The notes under the pieces are model-generated. The model was not told the DNA's origin and did not search any database. It saw only the letters and a list, made by a program, of their open reading frames with translations. A program made the translations under genes and the position numbers. This document shows, one piece after another, positions 20,280 through 31,029 of a stretch of 64,000 nt of DNA. How positions within the stretch are numbered: position 1 is the first letter of the stretch; each line of letters begins with the position of its first letter. Location of the stretch: contig JAXHLG010000002.1 in the NCBI GenBank assembly GCA_034522495.1, positions 165,583-229,582 of the forward strand, read 5' to 3'. This DNA comes from Candidatus Moraniibacteriota bacterium (GTDB lineage Bacteria > Patescibacteriota > Minisyncoccia > Moranbacterales > DUUL01).

Positions 20280-23183
20280 ATGGAAAAAATGCCCACTTAT
20301 CACAATCCGTTGGACGAAGCGACAAAAAAGGTCGATGAGTATGATGAAAATTTGACAAATAATCTTTCTCAAGCAGGAAGCGATTTTGATGTTGGAGAAG
20401 AAGAGGGCGGCAAGGCGGAGAAGTTTACAGCAAGAAGCGAGGCAGAGGCGCGGGAGTATAGCGAGGACGAGGTTCATGGTGAGCAACCGGTGGCGGATCT
20501 TAATCAAATTGTTTCAAAGCCGGGAACTAAAGAGCAGAAGAGTGAAAGCAAGTTTCAAAGCGGAGAAAGTGTAGATGAAGATGATGATGAATCCGGGACG
20601 GAGGCTTCGGAAGCCTCGGTCGGGACAGGCGTTGGACGTGAAAGCGCAGAAGAGGCAGAGCGGGGTGAGACCGAGAGAGCTGTTCAGGGTTCAACCGAGC
20701 AAGGAGACAAAAAAGTCGATGAGAAAACTGAGAAAGATGTTGATATAAATGATTATTCCAATGAAGATATTGGAAGGTACGTTTTTGATAAAAAAGAGGA
20801 GAATAAGAGGAAGAGGGAAATTGAAAGAGAAGAATTAAAAAAGAAAGAAAAAGAAGAAGAGCCGGCTATCGAAGAAGGAATAATTGCGGAAAATAAAGAT
20901 GAAAAAGATGCAAGGAGCGAAGAAGCGAGGCTAAAAGAGGAGGTCGATGAATCTTTCCAGGGGCTGGTTGAGGTTCACAAGCAGATGAAGGAGAAGGAAA
21001 AGGATGTGGCCAAATTTGAACTTCTTCAAGGTCGATTCAGGCAGAGCTTTGAAGCCAAGAAGGCAAAGGTTAAAAAAAAGAAAACCGAAAATTCAAATAA
21101 AAAAGAGGAGTTTGAAGACACAGAACAGGAAAGCGAAGAGCAGAGAGAGAGCGGGGCAATGCAAGATTACAAATTTTATAAGGAAAAATATCAGCAGGCA
21201 AGAAGAGAATATGAAAATAAATTTCAAGATTATACTCAGGCGGTTTTTAACAAGGAGATGGAGAAACTAGAAGCGGAGCAGAAAAAAAATCCCAAGAGCA
21301 GGGAATTGCACGAGTTGAGAAAAAAAGAACTGCTTTTTTCTAAAAGAGTCGTTCCCTTGGGAGAACAAGAGAAGGAATTTCTTGCCAAAATGAAAGAGAA
21401 AGAAGATGAGGGCGGAGGCGATAAAAGTGAGAGAAAAGAAGAGAAAGAGCAAGAAAAAATAGAAAAATTATCGGTCCATGATTATTTTGACTTAAAGCAG
21501 CAGCAGTTGGTTTTTACTGAAGGGGAAAATTTAAATAAAAGCAAAGCGAGAAAAATTTGGGAACGGATTCAAAAACAGCCCAGATATAAAAAGGTTTTGG
21601 CCTTATCCTTGTTAGGCGGCGGAGCTTTGGCCACTGTTGGAGGCGCTCCATTTGCGGCTTTGGGTTATACCGCTTCAAGAATCACTAGGGGCGCGGTCGG
21701 CGCTAGTCTTTCCAAGGGAGTAGGGGCGATGATGGATCGGAGTCAGAAAAGAGGCAGAAACGAAGACAAGCATGCTTTCAATATGGATTTTTATAAAAGC
21801 TACGAAGGTGGCAAATCGGAAGCTTTCAAGGCATTGAATGAATTCAACAAAAAGGAAAGGGAGAGAAAGAAAGAAAAGCGTTTGGCCATGATAGTGTCCG
21901 CCGGGGCGTTGGGGGCCGGGTTCTATAATCTGGATGAATTATTTTCCGGCAATGCTTCGGAGGCTGTTGATTCGGGGTCCATGAAGAATAGAGGGGGAGT
22001 TGAAAAGGCGGCGGCTAATGCGACTGAGAGCGGGGAGAGCGGGGCGGAAAACAAATATTCAAAAACTGTTAAGCAGGATATAGTTTCTCATGTTAAACAA
22101 AAAGAGCCCGGGGTGGGAGAGGCTATTGATCATTCAAAGGAATATAAAGATGAAACGGCGAGGCTTCTGGATGAGTTCAATAAAAAAGTCAGTTCTGATA
22201 TTGAGAATTTTTCCAATGTAAGCGAGGAGGAGTTGTATAATTCTCTAAGCGAGCAAGAGGTTTCTTCCGTTGAAGGTTTTGACAGCAACAGCCAGTGGCC
22301 GGAAAATTACAGGACACCTTATGCGGAAGAGGATTCGGATGTTTCACCTTATGCTGAAGAGGGTCCTAGCGGAGAAAATGCTGCTGAGGGGGAGGCCGGG
22401 CTTGAAGCGAACCCCGAGGTGCTGGAAAGTTATCAACTAGCCAAAGATGAGGCAGTTTGGGATAAATTGGAGGAGTATTATGACGGGGAGCCGAATCAGC
22501 AGAACAAGGTGGGCAATGCGGTATTGAAATTTAGGAACGGGGTTAAAGATAATCTTTTGGGTCAAGGCGTTTTTGACAATGAAGCTCAAGCGGAGCAGTT
22601 TTTAAACTGGAGATTCAGGCATATGGATGTGGGATCGGAAGTGAATATGACTAAAGAGGGGTTGAATATTCCCGGGTTTGCCAATGACGAGAATATTAGC
22701 AGATTTAAAGAAGAAGAGCTGGGCGTCGCCGGGGAGGCAGGTTCAGGAGCAGAGGCGGAAACCGGCGGAGCCGAGCAGTCGGCCGGGGAAGAAGAAGCGG
22801 CTGAGGCCGGCGCTATTGACAAGGAGGCGCTGGAAAAAGAGATTGCTCAAATTCCGGAAGAACAAAGAGACAAGGCGCGCGCATTTATTCAGGATATTCC
22901 AGAAATGGAAGAAAGCAATCAAAGCGGACCTCAATTAAGACTGGCTATAGATGATCAATTTTTCAAATTTGCCGGAGAAGTTCTTGATAAAGATAGAATC
23001 GGCATAAATGACCAATTAAAAGCGGCAGAAATTTTGGATAAGATGATTATGGATTATGCTGATGAGCACTATAGCGGAATTGAGGGAATGAATCAAGCAG
23101 AGTATTCTCAGCTTTTGGAGAACAACAATGCTAATATGAAACATATGGCTGACAAGGCAAGAACAATTTTGAATAGTTATTAA
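20280..23183 (+). CDS. Large acidic coiled-coil protein with central Gly-rich hydrophobic segments
   Basis: 967-aa ORF with segments LALSLLGGGALATVGGAPFAALG and AMIVSAGALGAGF. Confidence 0.75.
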   Translation: MEKMPTYHNPLDEATKKVDEYDENLTNNLSQAGSDFDVGEEEGGKAEKFTARSEAEAREYSEDEVHGEQPVADLNQIVSKPGTKEQKSESKFQSGESVDEDDDESGTEASEASVGTGVGRESAEEAERGETERAVQGSTEQGDKKVDEKTEKDVDINDYSNEDIGRYVFDKKEENKRKREIEREELKKKEKEEEPAIEEGIIAENKDEKDARSEEARLKEEVDESFQGLVEVHKQMKEKEKDVAKFELLQGRFRQSFEAKKAKVKKKKTENSNKKEEFEDTEQESEEQRESGAMQDYKFYKEKYQQARREYENKFQDYTQAVFNKEMEKLEAEQKKNPKSRELHELRKKELLFSKRVVPLGEQEKEFLAKMKEKEDEGGGDKSERKEEKEQEKIEKLSVHDYFDLKQQQLVFTEGENLNKSKARKIWERIQKQPRYKKVLALSLLGGGALATVGGAPFAALGYTASRITRGAVGASLSKGVGAMMDRSQKRGRNEDKHAFNMDFYKSYEGGKSEAFKALNEFNKKERERKKEKRLAMIVSAGALGAGFYNLDELFSGNASEAVDSGSMKNRGGVEKAAANATESGESGAENKYSKTVKQDIVSHVKQKEPGVGEAIDHSKEYKDETARLLDEFNKKVSSDIENFSNVSEEELYNSLSEQEVSSVEGFDSNSQWPENYRTPYAEEDSDVSPYAEEGPSGENAAEGEAGLEANPEVLESYQLAKDEAVWDKLEEYYDGEPNQQNKVGNAVLKFRNGVKDNLLGQGVFDNEAQAEQFLNWRFRHMDVGSEVNMTKEGLNIPGFANDENISRFKEEELGVAGEAGSGAEAETGGAEQSAGEEEAAEAGAIDKEALEKEIAQIPEEQRDKARAFIQDIPEMEESNQSGPQLRLAIDDQFFKFAGEVLDKDRIGINDQLKAAEILDKMIMDYADEHYSGIEGMNQAEYSQLLENNNANMKHMADKARTILNSY

Positions 23184-23202
23184 TAAAAATTAAAAACATC
23201 TA

Positions 23203-24480
23203 ATGGCAAACATTAAACAAAAAATTCAGGACGCTCAGATTGATTTGATTCAAGAGCTGGGCATTGACAAGCTTTCCAAAGAAGAGCAGGAAAAAATTCT
23301 GCCTCAAATCGGGGAGGTAATTCAGCAGAAGGTGACGTTGAGAATTGTGGAAGAACTGCCGGAGGAGAAGCAGGAAGAATTTTCCAAGATTCTGGATGAG
23401 GCTCAGGAAAGCCCGGAAAAACTTGATAATTTTCTGGAGGAGAATATCCCTAATGTGAATGATATTGTTTTGGAGGAGATCGGCGATTACAAGAGGCAGG
23501 CGAAGGATTTTTTGGGGAAGAATATGGAAGAAAGGGATGAAAAGGGAGGAGATCAAGAAAGTCATCAGTCATCAGTCATCGGAGATCAGGAGAGGGAGAA
23601 AGAAGATAGTCACTCGTCACTCGTCACTGGTCACCGGGAGGGGGACGAAGGGGATAGTCATCAGTCATCGGTCATCGGGGATCGGGAAGAGGTTGAAGAT
23701 GGTGAAGGAGGGGTGCAAGTGAAGGCAAGTAAAGAAAGTAAAGAAAGTGAAGAAAGTGAAGAATCATCTAAACAGGAGAGTCATCGGTCATCAGTCACCG
23801 GGGATCGGGAGGAGGATAGTCACTCGTCACCGGTCACTGGTCACCAGAAAGAGGAGGAAGGGGTAGAAATGGGAGAAGAGCAGGAGAGTCATCCGTCACC
23901 GGTTGGCGGTCACCAGGAGGAGTCTAAAGATGAAGAAATGCAAGAGAAAAAACAGCCAGACGTTGAGTCAGATAAAAATGAGGAGCAAACTGATGCTGAA
24001 ACTGAGTCGGAGAGGATTAGGAAGGAGGCTTTGGAGGAGATTAAAAATAACGCCTCTAAAAAGAATCCTTTTGATAAGGCGGGCGAAGCAGGCGGTGCTG
24101 GACAAGAAGAGAAGGAAGAAGATGATCAGAGTGAAGGCGAGGAAGGAAGCCACTCGTCACCGGTTGCCGGTCGTCAAGGAGAGGATGAAGATGGCGGAGA
24201 AGGTGCGCAAGTGAAGGCAAGTGAAGAAAGTGAAGAATTATCTAAGCAGGAGAGTCATCAGTCATCAGTCACCGGGGATCAGGGAGAATCTGGAGAAGAG
24301 GAGGAAGAAGGAAAAAAAACTGATTCTCAAGAGCGGCCGGATACAAGCGATTTTACTAAAAGATTGAATGAATTAGAGGACAAAGGAAAAGAGGAAGGAG
24401 ATGAAGACTTGATCAAAAAGCATCAAGTGACTGATGATTCGGATAACGAGGTGGATATATCGGGAGAGCTTGGCAAGTAA
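23203..24480 (+). CDS. DUF5663-like N-terminal helical domain plus an acidic tail with repeat-derived SH(Q/S)S(S/P)V.G motifs
   Basis: The N-terminus ELGIDKLSKEEQEKIL...TLRIVEEL resembles a CPR family (from recall). About 8 in-frame 21-nt repeats follow. Confidence 0.7.
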   Translation: MANIKQKIQDAQIDLIQELGIDKLSKEEQEKILPQIGEVIQQKVTLRIVEELPEEKQEEFSKILDEAQESPEKLDNFLEENIPNVNDIVLEEIGDYKRQAKDFLGKNMEERDEKGGDQESHQSSVIGDQEREKEDSHSSLVTGHREGDEGDSHQSSVIGDREEVEDGEGGVQVKASKESKESEESEESSKQESHRSSVTGDREEDSHSSPVTGHQKEEEGVEMGEEQESHPSPVGGHQEESKDEEMQEKKQPDVESDKNEEQTDAETESERIRKEALEEIKNNASKKNPFDKAGEAGGAGQEEKEEDDQSEGEEGSHSSPVAGRQGEDEDGGEGAQVKASEESEELSKQESHQSSVTGDQGESGEEEEEGKKTDSQERPDTSDFTKRLNELEDKGKEEGDEDLIKKHQVTDDSDNEVDISGELGK

Positions 24481-24641
24481 TTGTTCTAATTAACCTAATT
24501 ACTCTAATTATTCTAAAAAGAGTAGGTGGAATTCATTTATTTGGTTGTTTTGGGATAAGTTTCTATTAATTTCTGGAAATTTCAACTAGCTTCAGGGACT
24601 TCTTTTATTTGTAATTTGGTTTTTGTAATTTGTAATTTTAT

Positions 24642-25103
24642 ATGTTTATGCCTGATGAATTAAACAGAAGAGAGAGGGAAGGAGAGAAAAAATTTGAAGG
24701 TGCGGGGGGAGCGCCGGAAAGGCGTCCGGAGCAGGAAAATGAGGAACAAATCGGAGAAGAACAGCCGGAGGAAGAGCGGCAAGAGCAAGCCTCCAGGGAA
24801 GCTTTGGAAAAAGCTCAAGAGAAAGCCGGATCGGTCGGCTCAAGTCAAGCGCAATCCGATAGCGATGATAAAGGAGATATAGAGAAAAAAGATTCTTTTG
24901 CGGAGCTTCAGAAACTGGAAAGCGCCGAGGACAAAATTGAGAAGCTGACCCAGATCGCCGGTCAAGAAGGTCCGGAAACGGCGATTAAGATGGCCAGAAA
25001 ATTGAATGAAAACTACGTGATGGACATGCTTCACGATGAGATGGTGGATGAGGGCAAGCTCAGGGAGGAGTTGGTTAAGAAGGGGTTTATTGAGGAAGAA
25101 TAG
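24642..25103 (+). CDS. Hypothetical protein upstream of the T4SS-like ATPase
   Basis: 153-aa ORF with an acidic N-terminus and a helical C-terminus (AIKMARKLNENYVMDMLHD). Confidence 0.7.
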   Translation: MFMPDELNRREREGEKKFEGAGGAPERRPEQENEEQIGEEQPEEERQEQASREALEKAQEKAGSVGSSQAQSDSDDKGDIEKKDSFAELQKLESAEDKIEKLTQIAGQEGPETAIKMARKLNENYVMDMLHDEMVDEGKLREELVKKGFIEEE

Positions 25104-25456
25104 AAATTGCATTGTTAAATGGCTATTTCATATTAACATGTTATCATTTTAACATTTTAGCATGCAAGCAGTTGATATGGATTGATATATGGTAGAAATT
25201 GATTGAAATATGATTGATAAATGCTGATGTATGTTTGCTTTGGCAAGTTGGTTAAACTGGTAAATTACGTGTTTGTTTTAATCTTGTCGTATAGGAATTT
25301 CAAAAAATCCTATACACCGCTGATTTCACGCGAATTATCACGCAGATTTACGCGGGATGCTAAATGTGTGAAGCTTAATTTAATGTTAGAACGCAACACA
25401 AGTGCGTAATTCCTATAAATTATTAAGGTGGAGAAATATAAAAGTAAAAAAAAGAA

Positions 25457-27985
25457 ATGTTAAGTACTGATGCGATTATATTAATATTGATGGGGGTGAG
25501 CGGGTTTGTGGCCTTGGTTAGCGGTGTTTGGTTTTTCTTGGAAGTTGCTGTTTTTGCCAGAGCCAGGCTTAATAGATCCTTGAATTCCACTTTGGATGTA
25601 ATCAAGGTGGCTAAATCCAGAAAGCCGGAGAACTATCAGGATTCGGAAAAGAAAACTCAGGGAGAGAAAGAGGAAATTTCCGTGATGGAGCAGCTTTTTT
25701 CCACTTTGGCCAATGTTCAGATGAGGGGAGGCTTTTTGAAGAAGTTTATTTACGGTCCGCCCCAGATAACTTTGGAAATGGCGGTTCCCTCTGATGAGGA
25801 GCAGATTTCTTTTTATGTTTCCATGCCGAGAAAGCTGAAGGAGCTGGTGGAAAAGCAGATTCATAGTTTTTATCCCAGCGCCCACATTGAGAGAGTGGAG
25901 GACTATACTATTTTCCGCCCCGGTTCTCATACGGTGGGAAGTTATTTGAAGCTTAATAAGAACGCGGCTTTTCCTATTAGAACTTATCAAAGGCTGGAGT
26001 CGGATCCTTTACATAATTTAACCAACGCGTTTTCCAAACTGGAAGATCCGGAAGAAGGGGCTTGCCTGCAAGTGGTTTTCAAAAAATCAAGCAACAATTC
26101 CGTCAAAAGCAAGGGAGAGAAAATCAGCCGGGAAATGCAGCAGGGCAAAAGGCTCGATAAAGCGGCCGGAGCTAACAAGATTGCGGACGCCTTGTCCAGT
26201 CTTTTGGATGTTTTTACCAAAAAAGACGAAAATTCCAGGGATGACGCGCCGGTGAATTTGACTCCGGAAGAAAATGACATAATCAAACAGATTGAAAACA
26301 AAGTTAACAAGTCCAGACTGGACGCCAACATCAGAATTCTGGCTTCGGCCAAATCCCAAGAGAGGGCGGAAGCCGTGCTGGCTCAGCTGGAGAATGCCTT
26401 CAGCCAATTTGAAGACAGCAATTTGAATAACTTTAAAGCGATTAGGGACAAATCCCGGAATGCTCACAGGCTTTCTTATGACTACATTTTTCGCCATTTC
26501 AAGAAATCGACAAAAGTTACTTTGGATACGGAAGAGCTGGCCAGCGTTTTCCATTTGCCTATTTCTACCACCGAGACTCCCAAGCTGAATTGGCTGAGAG
26601 CCAAAGCTGCTCCGCCGCCGGTGAATATTCCCAAGGAAGGGTTGTTGCTTGGCTACAGCGATTTCCGGGGGACTAAAACGGATATTCGCTTAAGCCCGGA
26701 TGACAGGAGGAGGCATCTTTATATTGTCGGGCAAACCGGTACCGGTAAGTCGGGATTTATAGAAGAACTTACCAAGCAGGATGCGGTCAACAAGGAAGGG
26801 ATGTGCATTATTGATCCGCACGGAGACTTGATTGACAATGTGCTGGCCAATATTCCCAAAGAACGGGCTGAAGATGTTATTTTTTTCGATCCCTCCGACA
26901 CGGAGAGGCCGTTTGGATTCAATATGCTGGAGTATGATGAAAATTATCCCGAACAGAGGACTTTCGTGGTTAATGAGATTATTAATATTTTCGACAAGCT
27001 GTACGACCTCAGCCAAACGGGAGGTCCGATGTTTGAGCAATACATGAGAAACGCCTTATTGCTGGTAATGGACAGCCCGGAAACCGGGTCGACCTTAATG
27101 GAAGTGCCCAGGGTTTTCCGCGATCCGGAATTCAGGAAAGAGAAATTGAAGCTTTGCAAGGATGAGACTGTGATTGACTTTTGGCAGAAAGAAGCGGAGA
27201 AGGCCGGCGGGGACGCGGCGCTGGAAAACATCGCGCCTTATATCAATTCCAAGCTGACCAGTTTTATTTCCAATGACATGATGCGCCCCATTATTTCCCA
27301 GCAGGAGAGCACAATTAACTTCCGCAAGGCCATGGATGAAGGCAAGATTCTCTTGGTAAGCCTTTCCAAGGGAAGGGTGGGGGAAGTCAACAGCCATTTG
27401 CTGGGAATGATCGTGGTTGGCAAGATCTTGATGGCGGCTTTTTCCAGGACAGACATTCCCGAGGATCAGAGAAAAGATTTTTATCTCTATATTGATGAGT
27501 TTCAAAATTTCACCACTGATTCCATTTCCACCATTCTCTCCGAGGCCAGGAAGTATAAATTGGGGCTGACTATCGCCCACCAATTCATCGGGCAGCTTTC
27601 GGAAAATATTTCCAAGGCGGTTTTCGGCAATGTCGGCTCTATGTGTTCCTTCCGGGTGGGCTCGGAGGACGCGGAATTTTTACAGAAACAGTTTTCCCCG
27701 GTTTTTGACGCTGATGACTTGATCAACATCAACAATTTCCAATGCTTTACCAAGCTTCTTATAAATAATGAATCGACGGATCCGTTCAATATGAAAACTT
27801 ATCCTCCGACGGAAGGCAACGATGAAGTTAAGCAAGCGTTGAAGGAGTATTCGCGCTATAAGTACGGCCGTAGTCGGGATATTGTGGAGTCGGAAATCAA
27901 AGGAAGGTATAAGAAGATGATGTCGTCGCAGAAAGAGGAGGATTTGAAAAAAGAGCGAGGTGAGAAAGGAGAGATGAGAGGTTAG
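25457..27985 (+). CDS. Type IV secretion coupling-protein-like (VirD4/TraD/DUF87) P-loop ATPase
   Basis: N-terminal TM helix, RRRHLYIVGQTGTGKS (Walker A), IDPHGDL, LYIDEFQNF (Walker B) and LSEARKY. Confidence 0.88.
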   Translation: MLSTDAIILILMGVSGFVALVSGVWFFLEVAVFARARLNRSLNSTLDVIKVAKSRKPENYQDSEKKTQGEKEEISVMEQLFSTLANVQMRGGFLKKFIYGPPQITLEMAVPSDEEQISFYVSMPRKLKELVEKQIHSFYPSAHIERVEDYTIFRPGSHTVGSYLKLNKNAAFPIRTYQRLESDPLHNLTNAFSKLEDPEEGACLQVVFKKSSNNSVKSKGEKISREMQQGKRLDKAAGANKIADALSSLLDVFTKKDENSRDDAPVNLTPEENDIIKQIENKVNKSRLDANIRILASAKSQERAEAVLAQLENAFSQFEDSNLNNFKAIRDKSRNAHRLSYDYIFRHFKKSTKVTLDTEELASVFHLPISTTETPKLNWLRAKAAPPPVNIPKEGLLLGYSDFRGTKTDIRLSPDDRRRHLYIVGQTGTGKSGFIEELTKQDAVNKEGMCIIDPHGDLIDNVLANIPKERAEDVIFFDPSDTERPFGFNMLEYDENYPEQRTFVVNEIINIFDKLYDLSQTGGPMFEQYMRNALLLVMDSPETGSTLMEVPRVFRDPEFRKEKLKLCKDETVIDFWQKEAEKAGGDAALENIAPYINSKLTSFISNDMMRPIISQQESTINFRKAMDEGKILLVSLSKGRVGEVNSHLLGMIVVGKILMAAFSRTDIPEDQRKDFYLYIDEFQNFTTDSISTILSEARKYKLGLTIAHQFIGQLSENISKAVFGNVGSMCSFRVGSEDAEFLQKQFSPVFDADDLININNFQCFTKLLINNESTDPFNMKTYPPTEGNDEVKQALKEYSRYKYGRSRDIVESEIKGRYKKMMSSQKEEDLKKERGEKGEMRG

Positions 27986-28416
27986 ATGTGGAATTGGTAT
28001 ATGATAGATAAAAATTGATATAAGGTAGATATACAATAGAAATTGATTGAAACTTATTGAAATACCATAGATATAAGGTTGATATACAATAGAAATGTAT
28101 GGAAATTACGAAATTTATTGATTAGTGAATTAACTAAAAAATTTATAAATCGGGTCGGATACATAAAGCCAAGCCACACGCAAAAGGAGGTCCGCTCCAG
28201 AGAAAAAGTTTGTTTAAAAAAGAATTCTTTGAAATAATAATATTGGGTTTCGGGTATGAATATATAGATTAGAATTGTTCCATTGTTAAATTGTTCCATT
28301 GCTGCCTGGGGGGGGGTGATTTGTATTCGGAGAATTGTGCTGCTGATTGGAAACAGTCCCTGATTAATTTGAAAGGGTATATTTTAAAAAGCTAAAATAG
28401 AATGGAGGTGGTACAT

Positions 28417-28623
28417 ATGAAAGGTTTAAGTTCGTTGGATTGGCTGGCAATCGCGTTAGTGATTGTGGGCGGGCTCAACTGGGGTTTGGTTGGCGCGTTT
28501 GATTTTGATTTAGTGGAAACCGTTTTTGGCGGGTTTAATGTTTTATCGAGAATCATATATGTCGTGGTGGGATTGGCTGCCGTGTATTTGGCTTTTCTTT
28601 CTCCGGCATTGGCGAAAAAATAG
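28417..28623 (+). CDS. DUF378 family membrane protein
   Basis: LVIVGGLNWGLVG and RIIYVVVGLAA motifs; GGAGGTG RBS. Confidence 0.9.
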   Translation: MKGLSSLDWLAIALVIVGGLNWGLVGAFDFDLVETVFGGFNVLSRIIYVVVGLAAVYLAFLSPALAKK

Positions 28624-28813
28624 TAGATGTAGAATAGTTCTAAGTTTATAAAGTCTTGGGTTCTAAATTGGAGGTTGGCGGTGGGGTTATTGTATAATTG
28701 TGTATTGGTATATTTGTTTAATGGTATACTGAAGAATTTTTACATTACTTAATTGTTCCATTGCTCCATTGTTTAGTTTTTGGTGCGGGATGCTAAATGT
28801 GTGAGGTTTAATT

Positions 28814-29407
28814 TTGAGAAAAAAAGTACAAAAAAAGATATTCGTTTTGGATGGGGGATCGGATGAGGGAAGTTTGATCGCGGCTTTAGCTGAGAGTTAT
28901 AAGAAAGGCGCTACTGAAAAGGGATTTGAGGTGGTTTTTTCTAAGGTGAGAGATTTGTCTTTTGATCCGATTTTGCACAAGGGATACAAGGAAATCCAAG
29001 AGCTGGAGAAAGATTTGGTTGAGCAGCAGAAAAATCTCCAGTGGTGCGATCATTTTGTTTTGGTAACGTCGGTTTGGTGGATGTCCTTTCCGGCTAAGCT
29101 GAAAGGTTTTTTCGATAGGGCGTTATTGCCGGGATTTGCTTTCAAGTATGAGGAAGGAGCGCTTCTGCCGAAGGGACACATGAAGGGCAAGTCCGCCAGG
29201 GTGATTTACACTCAAGGAGCGCCTCTGTGGATGACAGGGAGCTTTCTTTTGGATGGTTTTTATAGGAATGTTAAACACGGTGTCTTAGGTTTTTGCGGTT
29301 TCGGGCTGATTAAAAGAACCGCTTTCGGCAAGGCAGACAAGGCGGATGAGGAAACTAGAGAGAATTGGAAGAGGAAAGTGTATGAATTGGGGAGGAAAGG
29401 GGAGTGA
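28814..29407 (+). CDS. NAD(P)H-dependent oxidoreductase (flavodoxin-like fold)
   Basis: FDPIL, WW.SFPAKLKGFFDR and GFAFKY motifs. Confidence 0.88.
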   Translation: MRKKVQKKIFVLDGGSDEGSLIAALAESYKKGATEKGFEVVFSKVRDLSFDPILHKGYKEIQELEKDLVEQQKNLQWCDHFVLVTSVWWMSFPAKLKGFFDRALLPGFAFKYEEGALLPKGHMKGKSARVIYTQGAPLWMTGSFLLDGFYRNVKHGVLGFCGFGLIKRTAFGKADKADEETRENWKRKVYELGRKGE

Positions 29408-29973
29408 TTTCCGATTTTCGACCTGTCGCTTCGCGACATAGTCGCAGGCGATTTACGATTTGTGAATAAAATGAATGGATATATATTGATGTAATTTGTG
29501 TATTGGTATATTTGTTTAATAGTGTAATGGGATTTTTTATTATTGGTTAATTAGTGACTAGTGATGGGTGATAAGTGACTAGACTAAATGGATATATGTA
29601 GATATCACAGAAATTAATCGAAGTTTGTAGAAACTTATTGAAATTTAGTATGGAAATTGCGAAATTAAGAAATTAAGAAATTGGAACTGGTAGGCAATTT
29701 TGACTTCTATTTAACCCTTTTCTTATTTAATTATAAACTGTGTTAACAGTTTGCAAGGCTTAGCCTTGGAAAAATTAGGAAATGTGAAGTTGTTTGAAAT
29801 CTAAGAATCGGGCCAGAGGCTCTCTCTTACAGAATAAAAATGTTTGTGTTTTGTGTTTTTATTTTTGTGATTTGTTTGGGCTTTGTGGTCTGTGCTTTGG
29901 ATTTTTAAATATCTTTTTCTGGTGATTATATGTTAAACTTAGAGAATAAAAGAAATTTAATTGCGAAATTTTT

Positions 29974-30618
29974 ATGTTTGGCATTTTTGCGGTTTATAAG
30001 CCGGCGGGGCCGACTTCCAATGATGTGGTGATGAGGCTAAAAAAGGCTTTTGGTGAGAAAAAGGTGGGTCATGCCGGGACTTTGGATCCTCTTGCCGAGG
30101 GTGTTTTGGTGGTGGGTGTTGGGAGGGAGGCTACCAAAAAACTGGGGGAAGTTTCCAAGCTTGGCAAAGAATACGAAGCTGTTATCAAATTAGGGGAGGA
30201 AAGTGAAACGGATGATGAGCAGGGCGAGAAAACGAAGATAGAAGTGGAAAAGATTCCCGAGGAGCATGAGATAAAAGAAGTCCTGAAGAGTTTTGAGGGA
30301 AATATAAAACAGAAGCCTCCTCTTTACAGCGCGGTGAAGGTTAACGGGAAAGAGGCTTACAAGAGAGTGAGAAAGGGGGAGGAGTTTCAACTGAAGCCGC
30401 GCGAGGCGCTTGTGGAAAAAATTGAATCAACCGGATATGATTGGCCGGAACTGAAAATAAGAACTGTTACCGGTTCGGGTGTGTATATTCGTTCACTGGC
30501 CAGGGATATCGGCAGAGCTTTAAAGACCGGCGGATATTTGAAAAAATTAAAGAGGATAAGGGTGGGGGAGTTTGGGGAAGAGGAGTGTTATAGTTTGGAT
30601 GAATTGTTAAATTGTTAA
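29974..30618 (+). CDS. truB: tRNA pseudouridine(55) synthase
   Basis: KVGHAGTLDPLAEGVL, PPLYSAVKVNG and GVYIRSLARDIG motifs. Confidence 0.96.
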   Translation: MFGIFAVYKPAGPTSNDVVMRLKKAFGEKKVGHAGTLDPLAEGVLVVGVGREATKKLGEVSKLGKEYEAVIKLGEESETDDEQGEKTKIEVEKIPEEHEIKEVLKSFEGNIKQKPPLYSAVKVNGKEAYKRVRKGEEFQLKPREALVEKIESTGYDWPELKIRTVTGSGVYIRSLARDIGRALKTGGYLKKLKRIRVGEFGEEECYSLDELLNC

Positions 30619-30738
30619 ATTGTTACATTGTTGAGAAACATTTATCTTTTTAATCTTGTTGACAAATTTAAAGACAAATAAAGCTACACTACTATATTAC
30701 GTTATATGGTAGTATCTTAAAAATTTAATTGAAAATTT

Positions 30739-31029
30739 ATGGAGAAAGATGAACTGCGTTCGCTTAGGAATAAGAACAGGGAGCTGGAGGGGCAGAAGAC
30801 TGTTTTAAGCGCTAAGCTGAGAAAACTGGAGAATAAAAAAGAGGAAGTGGAAATTGAAAAAAGAAGAATAAACAAGAAAAAAGAGAGGCTGGACTTGGAA
30901 TTGGAGGAGCTGGAAGATAAGCTGGAAAAAATGGAGAAAGACAAGTTTCAGCAGGAAAAAGAACTGAAAAGAATTGAAAAGAACCTCAAAGAAACACAGT
31001 CTCGGTTGCGGAGCGAGAGCGGGTATTAG
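30739..31029 (+). CDS. Small coiled-coil hypothetical protein
   Basis: 96-aa Glu/Lys-rich ORF with heptad pattern. Confidence 0.6.
   Translation: MEKDELRSLRNKNRELEGQKTVLSAKLRKLENKKEEVEIEKRRINKKKERLDLELEELEDKLEKMEKDKFQQEKELKRIEKNLKETQSRLRSESGY

Noticed and set aside
30679-30706. Possible dif site (…ACTATA-TTACGTTATAT)
   Set aside because: Only a partial match to the XerD arm, no convincing XerC arm, and not at an apparent skew switch.
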